Shown: positions 26,981 through 36,750, numbered from the stretch's first letter. The stretch: 64,000 bases of DNA from Candidatus Levybacteria bacterium RIFCSPHIGHO2_01_FULL_40_16 (GCA_001783805.1 MFNS01000005.1:1636-65635), one strand, 5' to 3'. Numbers and translations are program-made. The notes: generated by a model not told the origin, from the sequence alone.

Positions 26981-27760
26981 TTAGAAGTTTGGTACTGCGA
27001 TATAGGTAATGATATTGCTGTAATTGCCTTGAGTTTGAGTTCCCGAAATATTTACTTTATAGGAGATACGGACAGCTTTATCATTCGAACCAATGCCTGC
27101 CATAATTGAGGTAGGATCGTCATTACTGGCAAGGTCGGGAAAATGTTTGTAAGAATTAGTTTTGGCAAATGAACTGTCGCAGTCAGTGCCGGTGACATTG
27201 TCACAGCGATATCCGAAACCATAGGTAAGCGCATTGATCCATTCGGATGCATTTTCAGTCCCGCACTGTCCGTTGTCGCAAGTTGTATCGGGAATAAAGG
27301 TTTTACTGACCGAAGCCGAGTTTAACTCGGTCGGGGGAATAATCGTTAAGGGATCATTCTCAAATACCAATACCGAGTACCCATAAACTGTCAGGCTATG
27401 CGTAGTTAAATCAACCGTACGGATTATGGGATTGGTCGGACTAAGAGCCCCAAAGTCAATGAGGCCAGAAGAAAGCAGAATGGAAAAAGGAATAGTAGCG
27501 GCAAGGTTTTCAAAGCCTGTTCTGACTTTAAAATTCACGCCTTCTGAAGTTATGGGATTAAGATCGCCGACCGTGGATCTCAAGCCGTAGTCTTTCCCGG
27601 CAGTCACACCGGAAAGCGTATTAAAGCCCTGCATTTTTATGATGTAACTGTCATTAGACATGGTTTGTGCGCCTACAGGCGCAGCGGTAGTATGTATGAT
27701 GAACGCAATAATAAAGAATATTTTTAAATTTCGATACATAATACTGAATACATAATACAT
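26981..27760 (-). CDS. Secreted beta-rich protein with a Cys-rich segment (possibly WxL-like)
   Basis: Signal peptide and a cysteine cluster (CDNGQCGTEN...YRCDNVTGTDCDSS). The C-terminus ends ...ITYIAVPNF. Co-operonic with the pilin-LamG genes. Confidence 0.5.
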   Translation of the reverse strand: MYYVFSIMYRNLKIFFIIAFIIHTTAAPVGAQTMSNDSYIIKMQGFNTLSGVTAGKDYGLRSTVGDLNPITSEGVNFKVRTGFENLAATIPFSILLSSGLIDFGALSPTNPIIRTVDLTTHSLTVYGYSVLVFENDPLTIIPPTELNSASVSKTFIPDTTCDNGQCGTENASEWINALTYGFGYRCDNVTGTDCDSSFAKTNSYKHFPDLASNDDPTSIMAGIGSNDKAVRISYKVNISGTQTQGNYSNIITYIAVPNF

Positions 27761-27841
27761 GATACCAAATCATTCCAATCGTAGGGAATCTTGGCTAAAA
27801 TTGCAACCGCTTTTCCTGCAGGCTGAACGTGCAAAGCCTTT

Positions 27842-28786
27842 TTAATATTGTCTGATTGCCAACCGGTGCTCTTTTAAGCCTTGGGCATAAAGCTGTTGGA
27901 TTTGAGAAAGCGAAAAAGCTTGTTTGTAAATGCGCACATCATCAATAAAACCATTGAAGGAGCGATTGCTTGGGCCATACGGATATGAACCGATCCCCAC
28001 TAGTGCATTGTTGCTGTCCATAGTTAACCCAAGCACATCAGTGCGGTTTTGAACCAACTTTCCATCCAGCCAGAGTTCCATGCCCCTTTTTTTAGTGTCG
28101 AAAACCCCCACTACATGGTGCCATTCATTTGTGGTAGGAATTACCTTACCGACCCCATAGTAATTTCCACCGTTATTGAAAGAAGCAGTAAAAGCAAGCC
28201 CGGGGCCGCCTTCATCATTTGTTCTTTCGTCATTTCTTAATATATAATTTGCCGTTGAAAGCTCTTTCGTTAAAATATGGTAACGACCAGTTGCGCCAAA
28301 ATCTCTTTTAGTGTAAAACCAAGCTTCAACGGTAATTTCGTTAGTGGCATCCAAGGCATTGGAATCAGCTATTTGCACATAATCATCCACTCCGTCAAAA
28401 CTGTATGCCCTGTTTGCTCGCCCCCTTCTATCTGCGTCTAGGATAGGACCATTTACCGTACCGTTATTCCCGTATCCCGAAGTATCCTTAGCAGAGCCCT
28501 GAATCTCCTCATCAAATGTCCATTCTCCCACCAGATTAATAGCCAGAGAATTTTGTACGCTGGCTGCAAATGTTTCCGCCTTAGCCAGATTGGCAGAATT
28601 AATTTTCGCTACAGGATTAATAGCCGCGATAACTCCGGCTGCGAGAATTCCTAAGACTGCGATAACGATGAGAAGTTCAATAAGAGTAAAACCAGGTGCA
28701 GTCCTGTACCTGGTGAAACCTTTTTGTTTCTTTATGCAATCAATCATTAATTTAAGTTTAAGCGTAAATAAAAAGGAAGTCAACAA
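27842..28786 (-). CDS. Type IV pilin-like protein (prepilin N-terminal methylation motif) fused to a LamG/concanavalin-like domain
   Basis: GFTLIELLIVIAVLGILAAG prepilin motif, then a LamG-like jelly roll (GEWTFDEE...GYGNNGTV...AYSFDGVDDYVQI...). The C-terminal FIDDVRIYKQAFSLSQIQQLYAQGL is shared with the paralogue. Confidence 0.8.
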   Translation of the reverse strand: MLTSFLFTLKLKLMIDCIKKQKGFTRYRTAPGFTLIELLIVIAVLGILAAGVIAAINPVAKINSANLAKAETFAASVQNSLAINLVGEWTFDEEIQGSAKDTSGYGNNGTVNGPILDADRRGRANRAYSFDGVDDYVQIADSNALDATNEITVEAWFYTKRDFGATGRYHILTKELSTANYILRNDERTNDEGGPGLAFTASFNNGGNYYGVGKVIPTTNEWHHVVGVFDTKKRGMELWLDGKLVQNRTDVLGLTMDSNNALVGIGSYPYGPSNRSFNGFIDDVRIYKQAFSLSQIQQLYAQGLKEHRLAIRQY

Positions 28787-28788
28787 AG

Positions 28789-29706
28789 CTAGAAATGAAA
28801 AATATTTGAGGTTAACAAATGGCTGGGTAATCCTTGAGCGTAAAGCTGCTGGGCTTGGGAAAGCGAAAAAGCTTGTTTATAAATACGCACATCATCAATT
28901 GAACCATTGAAATCATAATTAGTAGGATCGATACCGTAATAGCGGCCTATATAGCTATCGTATGTACCAGAATTAAAATCTCTCCCCGAATAAGTCCTTA
29001 TATTTATCAGCGCACCGTTTCTGTAATGCTTTATCTGCTTAATGTCGTTATTTAAAGTTACCGCAACAAAATACCATTTGCCCAATACCCATGGAACAGC
29101 AGTAGAATTATATTGTATCCAGCCACTTGAGTCTCCTACTTCGAGCCATAAAGTATCGTTACTTTGTATGCCCCACCAGAAATGTTGAGCTGCGGCTTCA
29201 GGTCCTTTATTTATTATTGTTGGAATATACTTCCTATCGTTCATCTTTATCCATGCAGTAAGGGTGAACCGTGAAAGACTATTCAAGCTTGTGCGATTTC
29301 CAATGCTCACATAGTCACCATTTCCATCAAAACCAAGCGCCTTATTACTCCTTTCCCTTCTGTCTGTTGTTGTGATTACACCACTTCCCGCTATTGAACC
29401 GTTATTTCCATAGCCTGACGTATCTGTTACGGGACTAAGAGAACCATCATCAAATGTCCATTCTCCCACCAGATCAAAAGCGAGATTGTTTTGCATGCTT
29501 GCCGAGAATGTCTCTGCTACGGCCAGATTGGCAGAGCTAATCTTTCCTGCAGGATCTATAGCTATGAGCACTCCTCCTCCCAAAACTCCCACCACTGCTA
29601 TGACTATTAAAAGCTCGATGAGGGTAAAACCACGTTCATGAAAACTGAATGTGGCAAACCCTTTTGCGCGCAGGATCAATTTCATGGAATAAGTTAAGTT
29701 AAGCAC
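28789..29706 (-). CDS. Type IV pilin-like protein with a LamG-like domain (paralogue)
   Basis: GFTLIELLIVIAVVGVLGGG prepilin motif, GEWTFDDGSLSPVTDTSGYGNNGSI..., and the same C-terminal SIDDVRIYKQAFSLSQAQQLYAQGL block. A 2-nt gap separates it from the downstream paralogue. Confidence 0.8.
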   Translation of the reverse strand: MLNLTYSMKLILRAKGFATFSFHERGFTLIELLIVIAVVGVLGGGVLIAIDPAGKISSANLAVAETFSASMQNNLAFDLVGEWTFDDGSLSPVTDTSGYGNNGSIAGSGVITTTDRRERSNKALGFDGNGDYVSIGNRTSLNSLSRFTLTAWIKMNDRKYIPTIINKGPEAAAQHFWWGIQSNDTLWLEVGDSSGWIQYNSTAVPWVLGKWYFVAVTLNNDIKQIKHYRNGALINIRTYSGRDFNSGTYDSYIGRYYGIDPTNYDFNGSIDDVRIYKQAFSLSQAQQLYAQGLPSHLLTSNIFHF

Positions 29707-29792
29707 ATCTATTAAATAAATTCAAACAAATTCAATTTCACGCTTAGTTAAAGAAGTCAGTATGATATACTTAAAACAAATTCAAAACTCAA

Positions 29793-32318
29793 ATGCCAAA
29801 ACTCAAAAGTATTACCGCAGATGCGGGATCCCGACTGAAAACTATCAGCGGGATAAACGAAAAGCATAATCCTTCAGAAATTGAACTTAAGTGGCAGAAG
29901 AGGTGGGAAGAAGCCAAAATTTATTCCCCAAATCTGGATAAAGCTCAAAAGCCTTTTTACAACCTCATGATGTTTCCGTATCCTTCGGCAGAGGGAATGC
30001 ATGTTGGCAACATGTATGCTTTCACAGGTGCAGATGTTTACGGCCGGTTTCAGCGAATGCAGGGAAAAGCGGTTTTTGAGCCGATTGGCCTGGACGGATT
30101 TGGAATTCACAGTGAAAATTACGCTATCAAAGCAAACAAGCATCCGGTCGAACAAGCCAGAACCTCTGAGAAAAATTTTTACAGACAGTTGAAAAGCATT
30201 GGTAACGGTTTTGATTGGACGCGGACTGTAGAGACCTACAAGCCTGAGTACTACAAATGGACGCAGTGGCTGTTTATCCAATTATTTAAGGCGGGTTTAG
30301 CCTACCGCAAAAAAGCTCCGGTTAATTTTTGCCCGTCCTGCAAGACTGTCTTAGCAGACGAACAAGTTGAGGATGGTTTGTGTGAGCGCTGTAATTCGAT
30401 AGCTGAGAAAAGAGATCTGGACCAGTGGTTTTTCAAGATTACGAAGTATGCTGATCGATTACTAGCTGGTTTGAGCCAGATTGATTGGGCGGAAAAAGTT
30501 AAAACCGCCCAAAAACAATGGATAGGGAAAAGCGAAGGGGTCAATCTTCGCTTCAAAATTAAAGATATGGATATTCATTTTGAAATGTTTGATTCTGTAC
30601 CCCAAACGTTTATGGCACAAACATTTACAGTTATTGCTCCCGAGCACAAAATGGTTTATGAATTAGTTAAGGGTACAGAACATGAAAAACCTGTCATGGA
30701 ATTTATAAAAACGATCAAAAAGAAAAAGTCGATTAATAAGTTTGATTTGGAGAAAAAACCTGAGGGTATATTTACCGGAAGATATCTGGAATATACGCCA
30801 ACAGGCAAGTCAATCCCAATTTGGGTTGCTTCATACGCTATTTACGGATATGGAACTGGCGTTGTTAACTGTAGTGCTCATGATGAGCGAGATTTTATCT
30901 TTGCTAAAAGATATGGCATATCTTTGCACCCAGTTATGTTTCCCAAGGATCCTGTGGAGGCTAAAAAAGTAAAAAATCTTGAATATTGCTATCATCATGC
31001 CGAAGATGGAATCTTACAGGAGCCAGTAGAATTCAAAGGGAGAAAATGGGAAGAGGTAAGAGGGGATATTGTACACTATATAGAAAAACAGGGCTATGGC
31101 AAAGCGCAAGCGCAATATCATCTGCGGGATTGGTTGATTTCAAGACAGAGGTATTGGGGTCCGCCAATCCCGATGATTTATTGCCAGACTTGCAGTTGGC
31201 AGCCGGTTCAGGAGAAAGATTTGCCGGTTAAGCTGCCATTCATAGAGGATTACAAGCCTTTGGGTACGGGGCAGGCGCCTTTGGCGAGCCATCCTGAATT
31301 TTACAAAACAAAATGCCCGAAATGCAAAGGAGACGCCAAAAGAGAAACTGATGTCTCAGATACTTTTCTGGACAGCGCCTGGTATTTCTTAAGATACGTC
31401 TCAACTGATATAGAAACTATGGCTTTTGATACAGAAAGGGTAAAAAAATGGTTGCCGGTCAATATGTATGTTGGCGGAGCAGAGCATTCGGTGCTGCACC
31501 TTTTGTATTCGCGGTTTATCACGATGTGTCTTCACGATTTGGGGCTGATTAGCTTCGAAGAGCCGTTTACGAAGTTCCGCGCGCATGGACTGATAGTCAA
31601 GGATGGCGCGAAAATGAGCAAAAGCAAAGGGAATATAGTGGTGCCTGATGCTTATATCAAGAAATTTGGCGCAGACAGCCTGCGCTGTTATCTTATGTTC
31701 ACCGGACCATTTGATATGGGCGGAAATTTCAGAGATTCTGGAATTGAAGGTATGAGTAGGTTTTTGAAGCGAGTCTGGGCTTTAGTCCACCGGAAAAAGG
31801 ACTCTATGAACAATAAAAGCGGCTCCAAGAAAAGTTTATTAGGATCTAATGAGGCTCTTGTTTTTATGAATAAAACAATTAAAAAAGTAACAGGAGACAT
31901 AGGGAATCTAAAATACAATACTGCTATAGCAGGTCTAATGGAATATTATAATTTTTTGTCTTCGCAAAAATATATTGCGATCGAAGAATTCAGAGTTTTA
32001 TTAAAACTTCTAGCACCTTTGGCTCCTCATATTGCTGAAGAATTGTGGGAGTATATTGGCGAAAAATTTTCTATCCATCAACAATTTCTCCCGGATTTTA
32101 ACGAAAGTATTCTAAAAGCTTCTTATCTGACAATAGCGATTCAGATTAATGGAAAACTTCGAGGTGTCTTAACAGTAACCAGCCAATTCTCAAAAGATAA
32201 AGACAGGGTTGAGCAGTTGGCAAAGGAGAGTGATAAAATAAAAAAATATTTGAAGGCCAAAGAGATTAAAAAAATTATTTATATTGAAGGTAAGGTAATC
32301 AATTTTGTGGTCACATAA
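29793..32318 (+). CDS. leuS: Leucyl-tRNA synthetase
   Basis: HIGH-type motif (P..AEGMHVGNMYAFTGADV), KMSKS (KMSKSKGN), and editing and anticodon-binding regions. The N-terminal ~25 aa are encoded by a (CAAA)n repeat. Confidence 0.95.
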   Translation: MPKLKSITADAGSRLKTISGINEKHNPSEIELKWQKRWEEAKIYSPNLDKAQKPFYNLMMFPYPSAEGMHVGNMYAFTGADVYGRFQRMQGKAVFEPIGLDGFGIHSENYAIKANKHPVEQARTSEKNFYRQLKSIGNGFDWTRTVETYKPEYYKWTQWLFIQLFKAGLAYRKKAPVNFCPSCKTVLADEQVEDGLCERCNSIAEKRDLDQWFFKITKYADRLLAGLSQIDWAEKVKTAQKQWIGKSEGVNLRFKIKDMDIHFEMFDSVPQTFMAQTFTVIAPEHKMVYELVKGTEHEKPVMEFIKTIKKKKSINKFDLEKKPEGIFTGRYLEYTPTGKSIPIWVASYAIYGYGTGVVNCSAHDERDFIFAKRYGISLHPVMFPKDPVEAKKVKNLEYCYHHAEDGILQEPVEFKGRKWEEVRGDIVHYIEKQGYGKAQAQYHLRDWLISRQRYWGPPIPMIYCQTCSWQPVQEKDLPVKLPFIEDYKPLGTGQAPLASHPEFYKTKCPKCKGDAKRETDVSDTFLDSAWYFLRYVSTDIETMAFDTERVKKWLPVNMYVGGAEHSVLHLLYSRFITMCLHDLGLISFEEPFTKFRAHGLIVKDGAKMSKSKGNIVVPDAYIKKFGADSLRCYLMFTGPFDMGGNFRDSGIEGMSRFLKRVWALVHRKKDSMNNKSGSKKSLLGSNEALVFMNKTIKKVTGDIGNLKYNTAIAGLMEYYNFLSSQKYIAIEEFRVLLKLLAPLAPHIAEELWEYIGEKFSIHQQFLPDFNESILKASYLTIAIQINGKLRGVLTVTSQFSKDKDRVEQLAKESDKIKKYLKAKEIKKIIYIEGKVINFVVT

Positions 32319-32943
32319 GATGGATGTTCGAGAGCTGGTTTCGAGGTATTTTCCTCTAATAAAAAAGAATTGGCTTCCCCTGAGCCTGGGGATCCTAGGA
32401 GTGATATTCTTTACATATGGTTTGATGGGGTTATTCGCGGCCAATAAGGCAAGTTCGGAAGATATCGTTTTCGAGGCTTCTTCAGAGAAGAATGCAGCTG
32501 AAGCTAAAACTATTTCGGTGGACATAGAAGGAGCAGTGGTAAAGCCGGGATTGTATAAATTACCACAGGAATCAAGAATTCAGGATGGTCTGGTTGCCGC
32601 AGGCGGGTTATCAGCTCAAGCGGATAGAGAATATATTGCCAGGAATCTGAACTTGGCAACGAAGCTAATTGATGGGGCAAAGGTATATGTTCCGATTATT
32701 GGGGAAGCAGTCGGTAAGGCGGAAGCGCTAAGCGTATCTTCGGAAGGAATAGCAGTTGGCGCTTTGCTAAATATAAATACAGCTTCGCAATCTCAGCTTG
32801 ATAGCTTACCCGGAATTGGTCCGGTGACAGCTCAGAAAATCATCACAGGAAGGCCGTATAGCTCTATAAATGAGTTATTAGATAAGAAAATAGTAGGTGC
32901 TAAAGTCTTTGATCAGATCAAAGGGAAAATTTCAGTTTATTAA
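32305..32943 (+). CDS. comEA: Competence protein ComEA (membrane-anchored, SLBB + helix-hairpin-helix DNA binding)
   Basis: N-terminal TM, an SLBB-like segment (AVVKPGLYKLPQESRIQDGL), and a C-terminal HhH pair (LNINTASQSQLDSLPGIGPVTAQKIITGRPYSSINELLD). Confidence 0.85.
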   Translation: MWSHKMDVRELVSRYFPLIKKNWLPLSLGILGVIFFTYGLMGLFAANKASSEDIVFEASSEKNAAEAKTISVDIEGAVVKPGLYKLPQESRIQDGLVAAGGLSAQADREYIARNLNLATKLIDGAKVYVPIIGEAVGKAEALSVSSEGIAVGALLNINTASQSQLDSLPGIGPVTAQKIITGRPYSSINELLDKKIVGAKVFDQIKGKISVY

Positions 32944-34170
32944 TTGTTAATGAATTCAAAGCTGCTCGTATTCCTTTTGATAATTCTTAGCTTCAGATTC
33001 TATTATTTTTATCGCAACCAACCGCAATTAATGGATGGACAGATGCTTAGTTTTGAGGCGGCAATTCTATCTCAACCGCAGGCGGTTAACAGTCAACAGA
33101 TAATTGTTGCTAATTATCAGAATCAATCCTTCGGCGGGCTCAGGATCAGAATCGCAACCGGCCGTTTTCCGGAATTTAGTTATGGAGATTTCGTGCGTAT
33201 TTCAGGTTCCATAAGCAGTAAGAATGGTCGAGTGCTAATGTATTTTCCCAAAATTGAAGCAATTAATAATTCTTCCAATATCTTGCAGTCAAGCTTGAAA
33301 AACATAAATATACTCCGGCAAAAACTGATTATCTTATTTTCCAAAACACTTCCATCGCCGTCTTCAAGTCTTCTTCTGGGAATAATTTTTGGAATAAAAG
33401 AGCAAATGCCCAAAGATTTTTCTGACAACTTAAGAACCTCGGGAGTTTTTCATGTGATTGCCGCATCCGGAATGAACGTTACTTTAATCGGGGGATTTAT
33501 CAGTACGTTTTTTGCCTTTTTCGTTAAAAGGCAAATTGCAATTGGCTTAAGTATTTTAGGAATTTTATTTTACGCAGTTTTGGCAGGGCTTGAACCGTCA
33601 ATTATCAGAGCATCAATCATGGGAATTCTGGTTTTTTCTGCTCAAATTATGGGCAGGCAAACTCTGGCCATAAATGGTTTGACTTTGGCAGGGTTTGGAA
33701 TGCTTTTTATTGATCCAATGCTCCTGTCGGATGTGGGTTTTCAGCTTTCCTTTGCGGCAACACTCGGACTTATTCTTATTCCAAAAATTAGGGCGATTGG
33801 GAGAATTTGGGTGATTGGCAATGACATAAATACTACAATTGCTGCACAAGTTGCCACTTTGCCGATTCTTCTGGCGAATTTTGGAACTTATTCAATCTAT
33901 TCTATCCTAGTCAATGGATTGGTGCTTTGGACAGTGCCGATATTAATGATGATCGGAGGAATCGGAGCTGTCCTAGGGCTGATTTTAGAGCCTTTTGGGC
34001 AATTATTAATCTATTTATCCTTCCCGCTTTTGCTTTATTTTGAAACAATAGTAAATTTCTTCGGAGAAATTGGCGGAATAATGGCACTTAAAAATTTTCC
34101 TTGGCAATTTACTGTCGGATATTATTGCTTGTTAATTTCGGTATTGCTTATTTTTAAAAGAGGAAAATGA
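32944..34170 (+). CDS. comEC: ComEC/Rec2 DNA-uptake channel (DUF4131 + Competence domain)
   Basis: Multi-TM with LRTSGVFHVIAASGMNVTLIGG, the ComEC competence-domain signature. Confidence 0.85.
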   Translation: MLMNSKLLVFLLIILSFRFYYFYRNQPQLMDGQMLSFEAAILSQPQAVNSQQIIVANYQNQSFGGLRIRIATGRFPEFSYGDFVRISGSISSKNGRVLMYFPKIEAINNSSNILQSSLKNINILRQKLIILFSKTLPSPSSSLLLGIIFGIKEQMPKDFSDNLRTSGVFHVIAASGMNVTLIGGFISTFFAFFVKRQIAIGLSILGILFYAVLAGLEPSIIRASIMGILVFSAQIMGRQTLAINGLTLAGFGMLFIDPMLLSDVGFQLSFAATLGLILIPKIRAIGRIWVIGNDINTTIAAQVATLPILLANFGTYSIYSILVNGLVLWTVPILMMIGGIGAVLGLILEPFGQLLIYLSFPLLLYFETIVNFFGEIGGIMALKNFPWQFTVGYYCLLISVLLIFKRGK

Positions 34171-34201
34171 CCCTTCGGTAAGCTCAGGGTAAAATTAAAG
34201 T

Positions 34202-35080
34202 ATGAGAAAGTTTTTGTTAATTTCAAGTGTTCTTCTCTTTTTGTTGGGCTGCATCTTTGTATATCAAAACATAATCTATAATGACAAAAAATTGCATGTG
34301 GTGATTTGCAATGTCGGACAGGGGGATGCGATTTTCGTCAGAACGCCAAGCGGATCGGATATTCTAATTGACGGCGGGCCGGACGATTCGGTTTTAAATT
34401 GTTTGGGAAAACATATGCCTTTCTGGGACAGGACTTTGGAACTTGTGATGCTTTCCCATCCGCACACATATCATTTTATGGGTCTCTTTTCGGTTTTACA
34501 AAATTATAAAGTCACAGCATTTGCGTCAGAGAATTTAAGCAACAAAACTACAGGATTTAGCAATCTGATGGATAAAATTAAAACGCAAAACATTCCGATA
34601 AAATTTCTTTTTGCAGGAGACAGATTCGTTTTGAAAGACGGAATTATGCTGAAAATTGTCGGACCGACACAAGAGTTTCTTAATCGGACAAGTCCCGGAG
34701 GCACAATCGGGGAGAGCAGTGAATTTGCATCTTTGGAAACCCTAGTTAAATATAAAAAGTTTTCTGTATTGTTGACGGGGGACAGTCAGGTAGCGGAACT
34801 TGGAGATATCCTTCCCCCGACGCTTCGGGGTCAGGATGACATCCCTTTATCGGTTCTTCAAGTGCCGCATCATGGATCAAGATTCGGCTTAACCGCAGAC
34901 ATTCTGGATGTTTTAAGCCCAAAACTCGCGGTGATTTCTGTCGGTAAAAACAACAAATACGGTCATCCAACGCCATTCATTTTAGACTTATTAAAATCCG
35001 CAAACATCAAAACCCTGCGGACGGACCAAATCGGGGATATTGAGATAGTTTCGGATGGGGCGAGTTGGAAGACAAGATAA
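34202..35080 (+). CDS. ComEC metallo-beta-lactamase domain protein (separate ORF with its own TM)
   Basis: N-terminal TM, then VVICNVGQGDAIFVRTPSGSDILIDGGP...VMLSHPHTYH, the MBL HxHxDH region. It begins 31 nt after the ComEC membrane ORF with its own ATG. Confidence 0.8.
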   Translation: MRKFLLISSVLLFLLGCIFVYQNIIYNDKKLHVVICNVGQGDAIFVRTPSGSDILIDGGPDDSVLNCLGKHMPFWDRTLELVMLSHPHTYHFMGLFSVLQNYKVTAFASENLSNKTTGFSNLMDKIKTQNIPIKFLFAGDRFVLKDGIMLKIVGPTQEFLNRTSPGGTIGESSEFASLETLVKYKKFSVLLTGDSQVAELGDILPPTLRGQDDIPLSVLQVPHHGSRFGLTADILDVLSPKLAVISVGKNNKYGHPTPFILDLLKSANIKTLRTDQIGDIEIVSDGASWKTR

Positions 35081-35109
35081 ACTCCTTGATGTTTCAGATC
35101 TTAACTTTT

Positions 35110-35472
35110 TTATGCCGTTAAAGGATTTTCTCCTTTGGTAATTTTTCCAATTCCTCCCGCAATAGCGGCAGTTAAACCGCCTATGGTCAAGAGCTGATCT
35201 AATCTGTTTCTGGGTAATTGGACAAACTGTTGATATTGCTCGGACTCCTGCCCTCCTTGTATTTGGCTGACCATATATCCGCTGTCTAAGTATCCCGCGG
35301 TCAAGGATAGAATGCCTATTATTCCTACTGTTAAACAAATATCTTCTTTGGACATTTTAGGTAATACGATTTCCATCTGTCTGGGAGCTTTTGTTCTATC
35401 GATATTTCTGATTAACCAGTCGCCAGCGCCGTCAACAGTTTTCGTAAATGAATTCGGGTGTCTTTCTGTCAT
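35110..35472 (-). CDS. Hypothetical glycine-zipper membrane protein
   Basis: GIIGILSLTAGY and TIGGLTAAIAGGIG small-xxx-small motifs. Confidence 0.4.
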   Translation of the reverse strand: MTERHPNSFTKTVDGAGDWLIRNIDRTKAPRQMEIVLPKMSKEDICLTVGIIGILSLTAGYLDSGYMVSQIQGGQESEQYQQFVQLPRNRLDQLLTIGGLTAAIAGGIGKITKGENPLTA

Positions 35473-35522
35473 TTGTATTTTAAGAACATTATAAACATAA
35501 AATTTGTTTTGTCAAAGAGATT

Positions 35523-35720
35523 TTAATTAACAGTTTGGGAGAGTTTGGAAAGAGGCGACGAAATTATTCCCGACGGAAAAACGTGGAAAGCAAAAAACTT
35601 CTTCTTATCAGACTTGCAGGGTATCTCCTTGCAAGGCGGAGCTTAAATCAGTCAAATATTACATTTTGCGACGTGAAAAGCAGGCGGGGAGAGTTTGCCA
35701 AGAGGCGCAATATTTTTGCT
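35523..35720. repeat. Short repeat family R (TTAATTAAC-GTTTGGGAGAGTTTGG...), copy R1 plus a partial tandem copy
   Basis: TTAATTAACAGTTTGGGAGAGTTTGGAAAGAGGCGACGAAATTATTCC at 35523; a partial copy GGGGAGAGTTTGCCAAGAGGCGCAATATTTTTGC at 35686-35715. Homologous to 36273-36348 and 37294-37350. Confidence 0.55.
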
Positions 35721-35855
35721 TAACCTGTTTTTTAGTAGGTTTGCAAGGCCTGGCCTCTTCGAGCCTGAGCGACGGCCTCAAAGCCGAAGGCTTGCGAAGC
35801 TAATAATTGCATTTGACAAGATTTTAATAATGGAATAAAGTATTAGAAAGCTAAG

Positions 35856-36215
35856 ATGAAATTTTTTGAAGCTCGTGAAGGTCGTTTAAAATTTGAAAAT
35901 AAAGTAAATGGAGAGGGGTGCGCGTCAGTTACGAGAGTCTATGAACTTAAGGGCGAAGTTCAGGGCGTGGGCTTTAGAGACTTTTGCGATATGCGAGTTA
36001 GCGATCCTCGAGTCAACTGTTTTCCCATGAATATGAAAGATAGAAGCACTGTCAGAGTGGTTCTTCAGGGACAGTCAGACATTCTCGATGAATATATGAC
36101 TAATCTTTGTCAAGAGGCAACAAAAAAATTGCATATCTCTTTGCCGATGGTAAGTTTGAAAAAGGAAGGTCCGATAGTGACTGGAAGGAAGTTTAAAAAC
36201 CTTTTTAAGGAGTAA
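35856..36215 (+). CDS. Acylphosphatase-like domain protein
   Basis: The VQGVGFRDF acylphosphatase signature is present. Confidence 0.55.
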   Translation: MKFFEAREGRLKFENKVNGEGCASVTRVYELKGEVQGVGFRDFCDMRVSDPRVNCFPMNMKDRSTVRVVLQGQSDILDEYMTNLCQEATKKLHISLPMVSLKKEGPIVTGRKFKNLFKE

Positions 36216-36272
36216 ACTATAACCTCTTTATTTTCTGTTACTTTATCTTTCCGTGATTCTTAAATGAAGAAC

Positions 36273-36348
36273 TAATTCACAGTTTGGGAGAGTTTTGTTA
36301 GGGGACATCGAAATTATTTCAGGCGGAAGGACTTGGAGAATTAATTAA
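36273..36348. repeat. Repeat family R, copy R2
   Basis: CTAATTCACAGTTTGGGAGAGTTTTGTTAGGGGACATCGAAATTATTTCAGGCGGAAGGACTTGGAGAATTAATTAAA. It overlaps the 3' end of the convergent ORF 36319..36750. Confidence 0.5.
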
Positions 36349-36750
36349 ATCTTTTTTTAGCTTTAAATAGACTACCGTAAATATATGGGTGGGGTGATTA
36401 ATAAACCATTCCAACATTTTTTCTTTGGTAACCCTTCTTACAGGAGCATCACACATTTCCCTGTCAATTACAAATTTTCTGTCACTTTTATCAATGATTG
36501 CAAGATGTTCCAAAAGCGGTTCTTTTGAGCTTTTTATTTTTGTAGTTAGGCCAATTACATCCGCTTCTTCTTCGGTAACAATAAAAAACTTTTCCATGAG
36601 AGATTGATAGCTTGGTCTATCTATCCATTTGTCTTCTTTTTGCAATCCAAACGTATAAAAAGCGAAGCCAAAGCAATTGAACTTCTGTTTTGTGCGAAAT
36701 TTAGTTTCTTGTTCCACTGGGGCGGATTTTAACATAACAAAAATACACAT
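36319..36750 (-). CDS. Hypothetical protein (possible papain/transglutaminase-like Cys...His...Asp arrangement)
   Basis: FNCFGFAFYTFG resembles the G.C..FA active-site context of transglutaminase-like cysteine peptidases, with His and Asp further downstream. This is weak. Confidence 0.35.
   Translation of the reverse strand: MCIFVMLKSAPVEQETKFRTKQKFNCFGFAFYTFGLQKEDKWIDRPSYQSLMEKFFIVTEEEADVIGLTTKIKSSKEPLLEHLAIIDKSDRKFVIDREMCDAPVRRVTKEKMLEWFINHPTHIFTVVYLKLKKDLINSPSPSA

Noticed and set aside
34170-34202. A frameshifted comEC pseudogene
   Set aside because: The two ORFs are separated by a 31-nt gap, not an overlap. The second has its own ATG and N-terminal TM helix. It is treated as a genuine split unless resequencing says otherwise.
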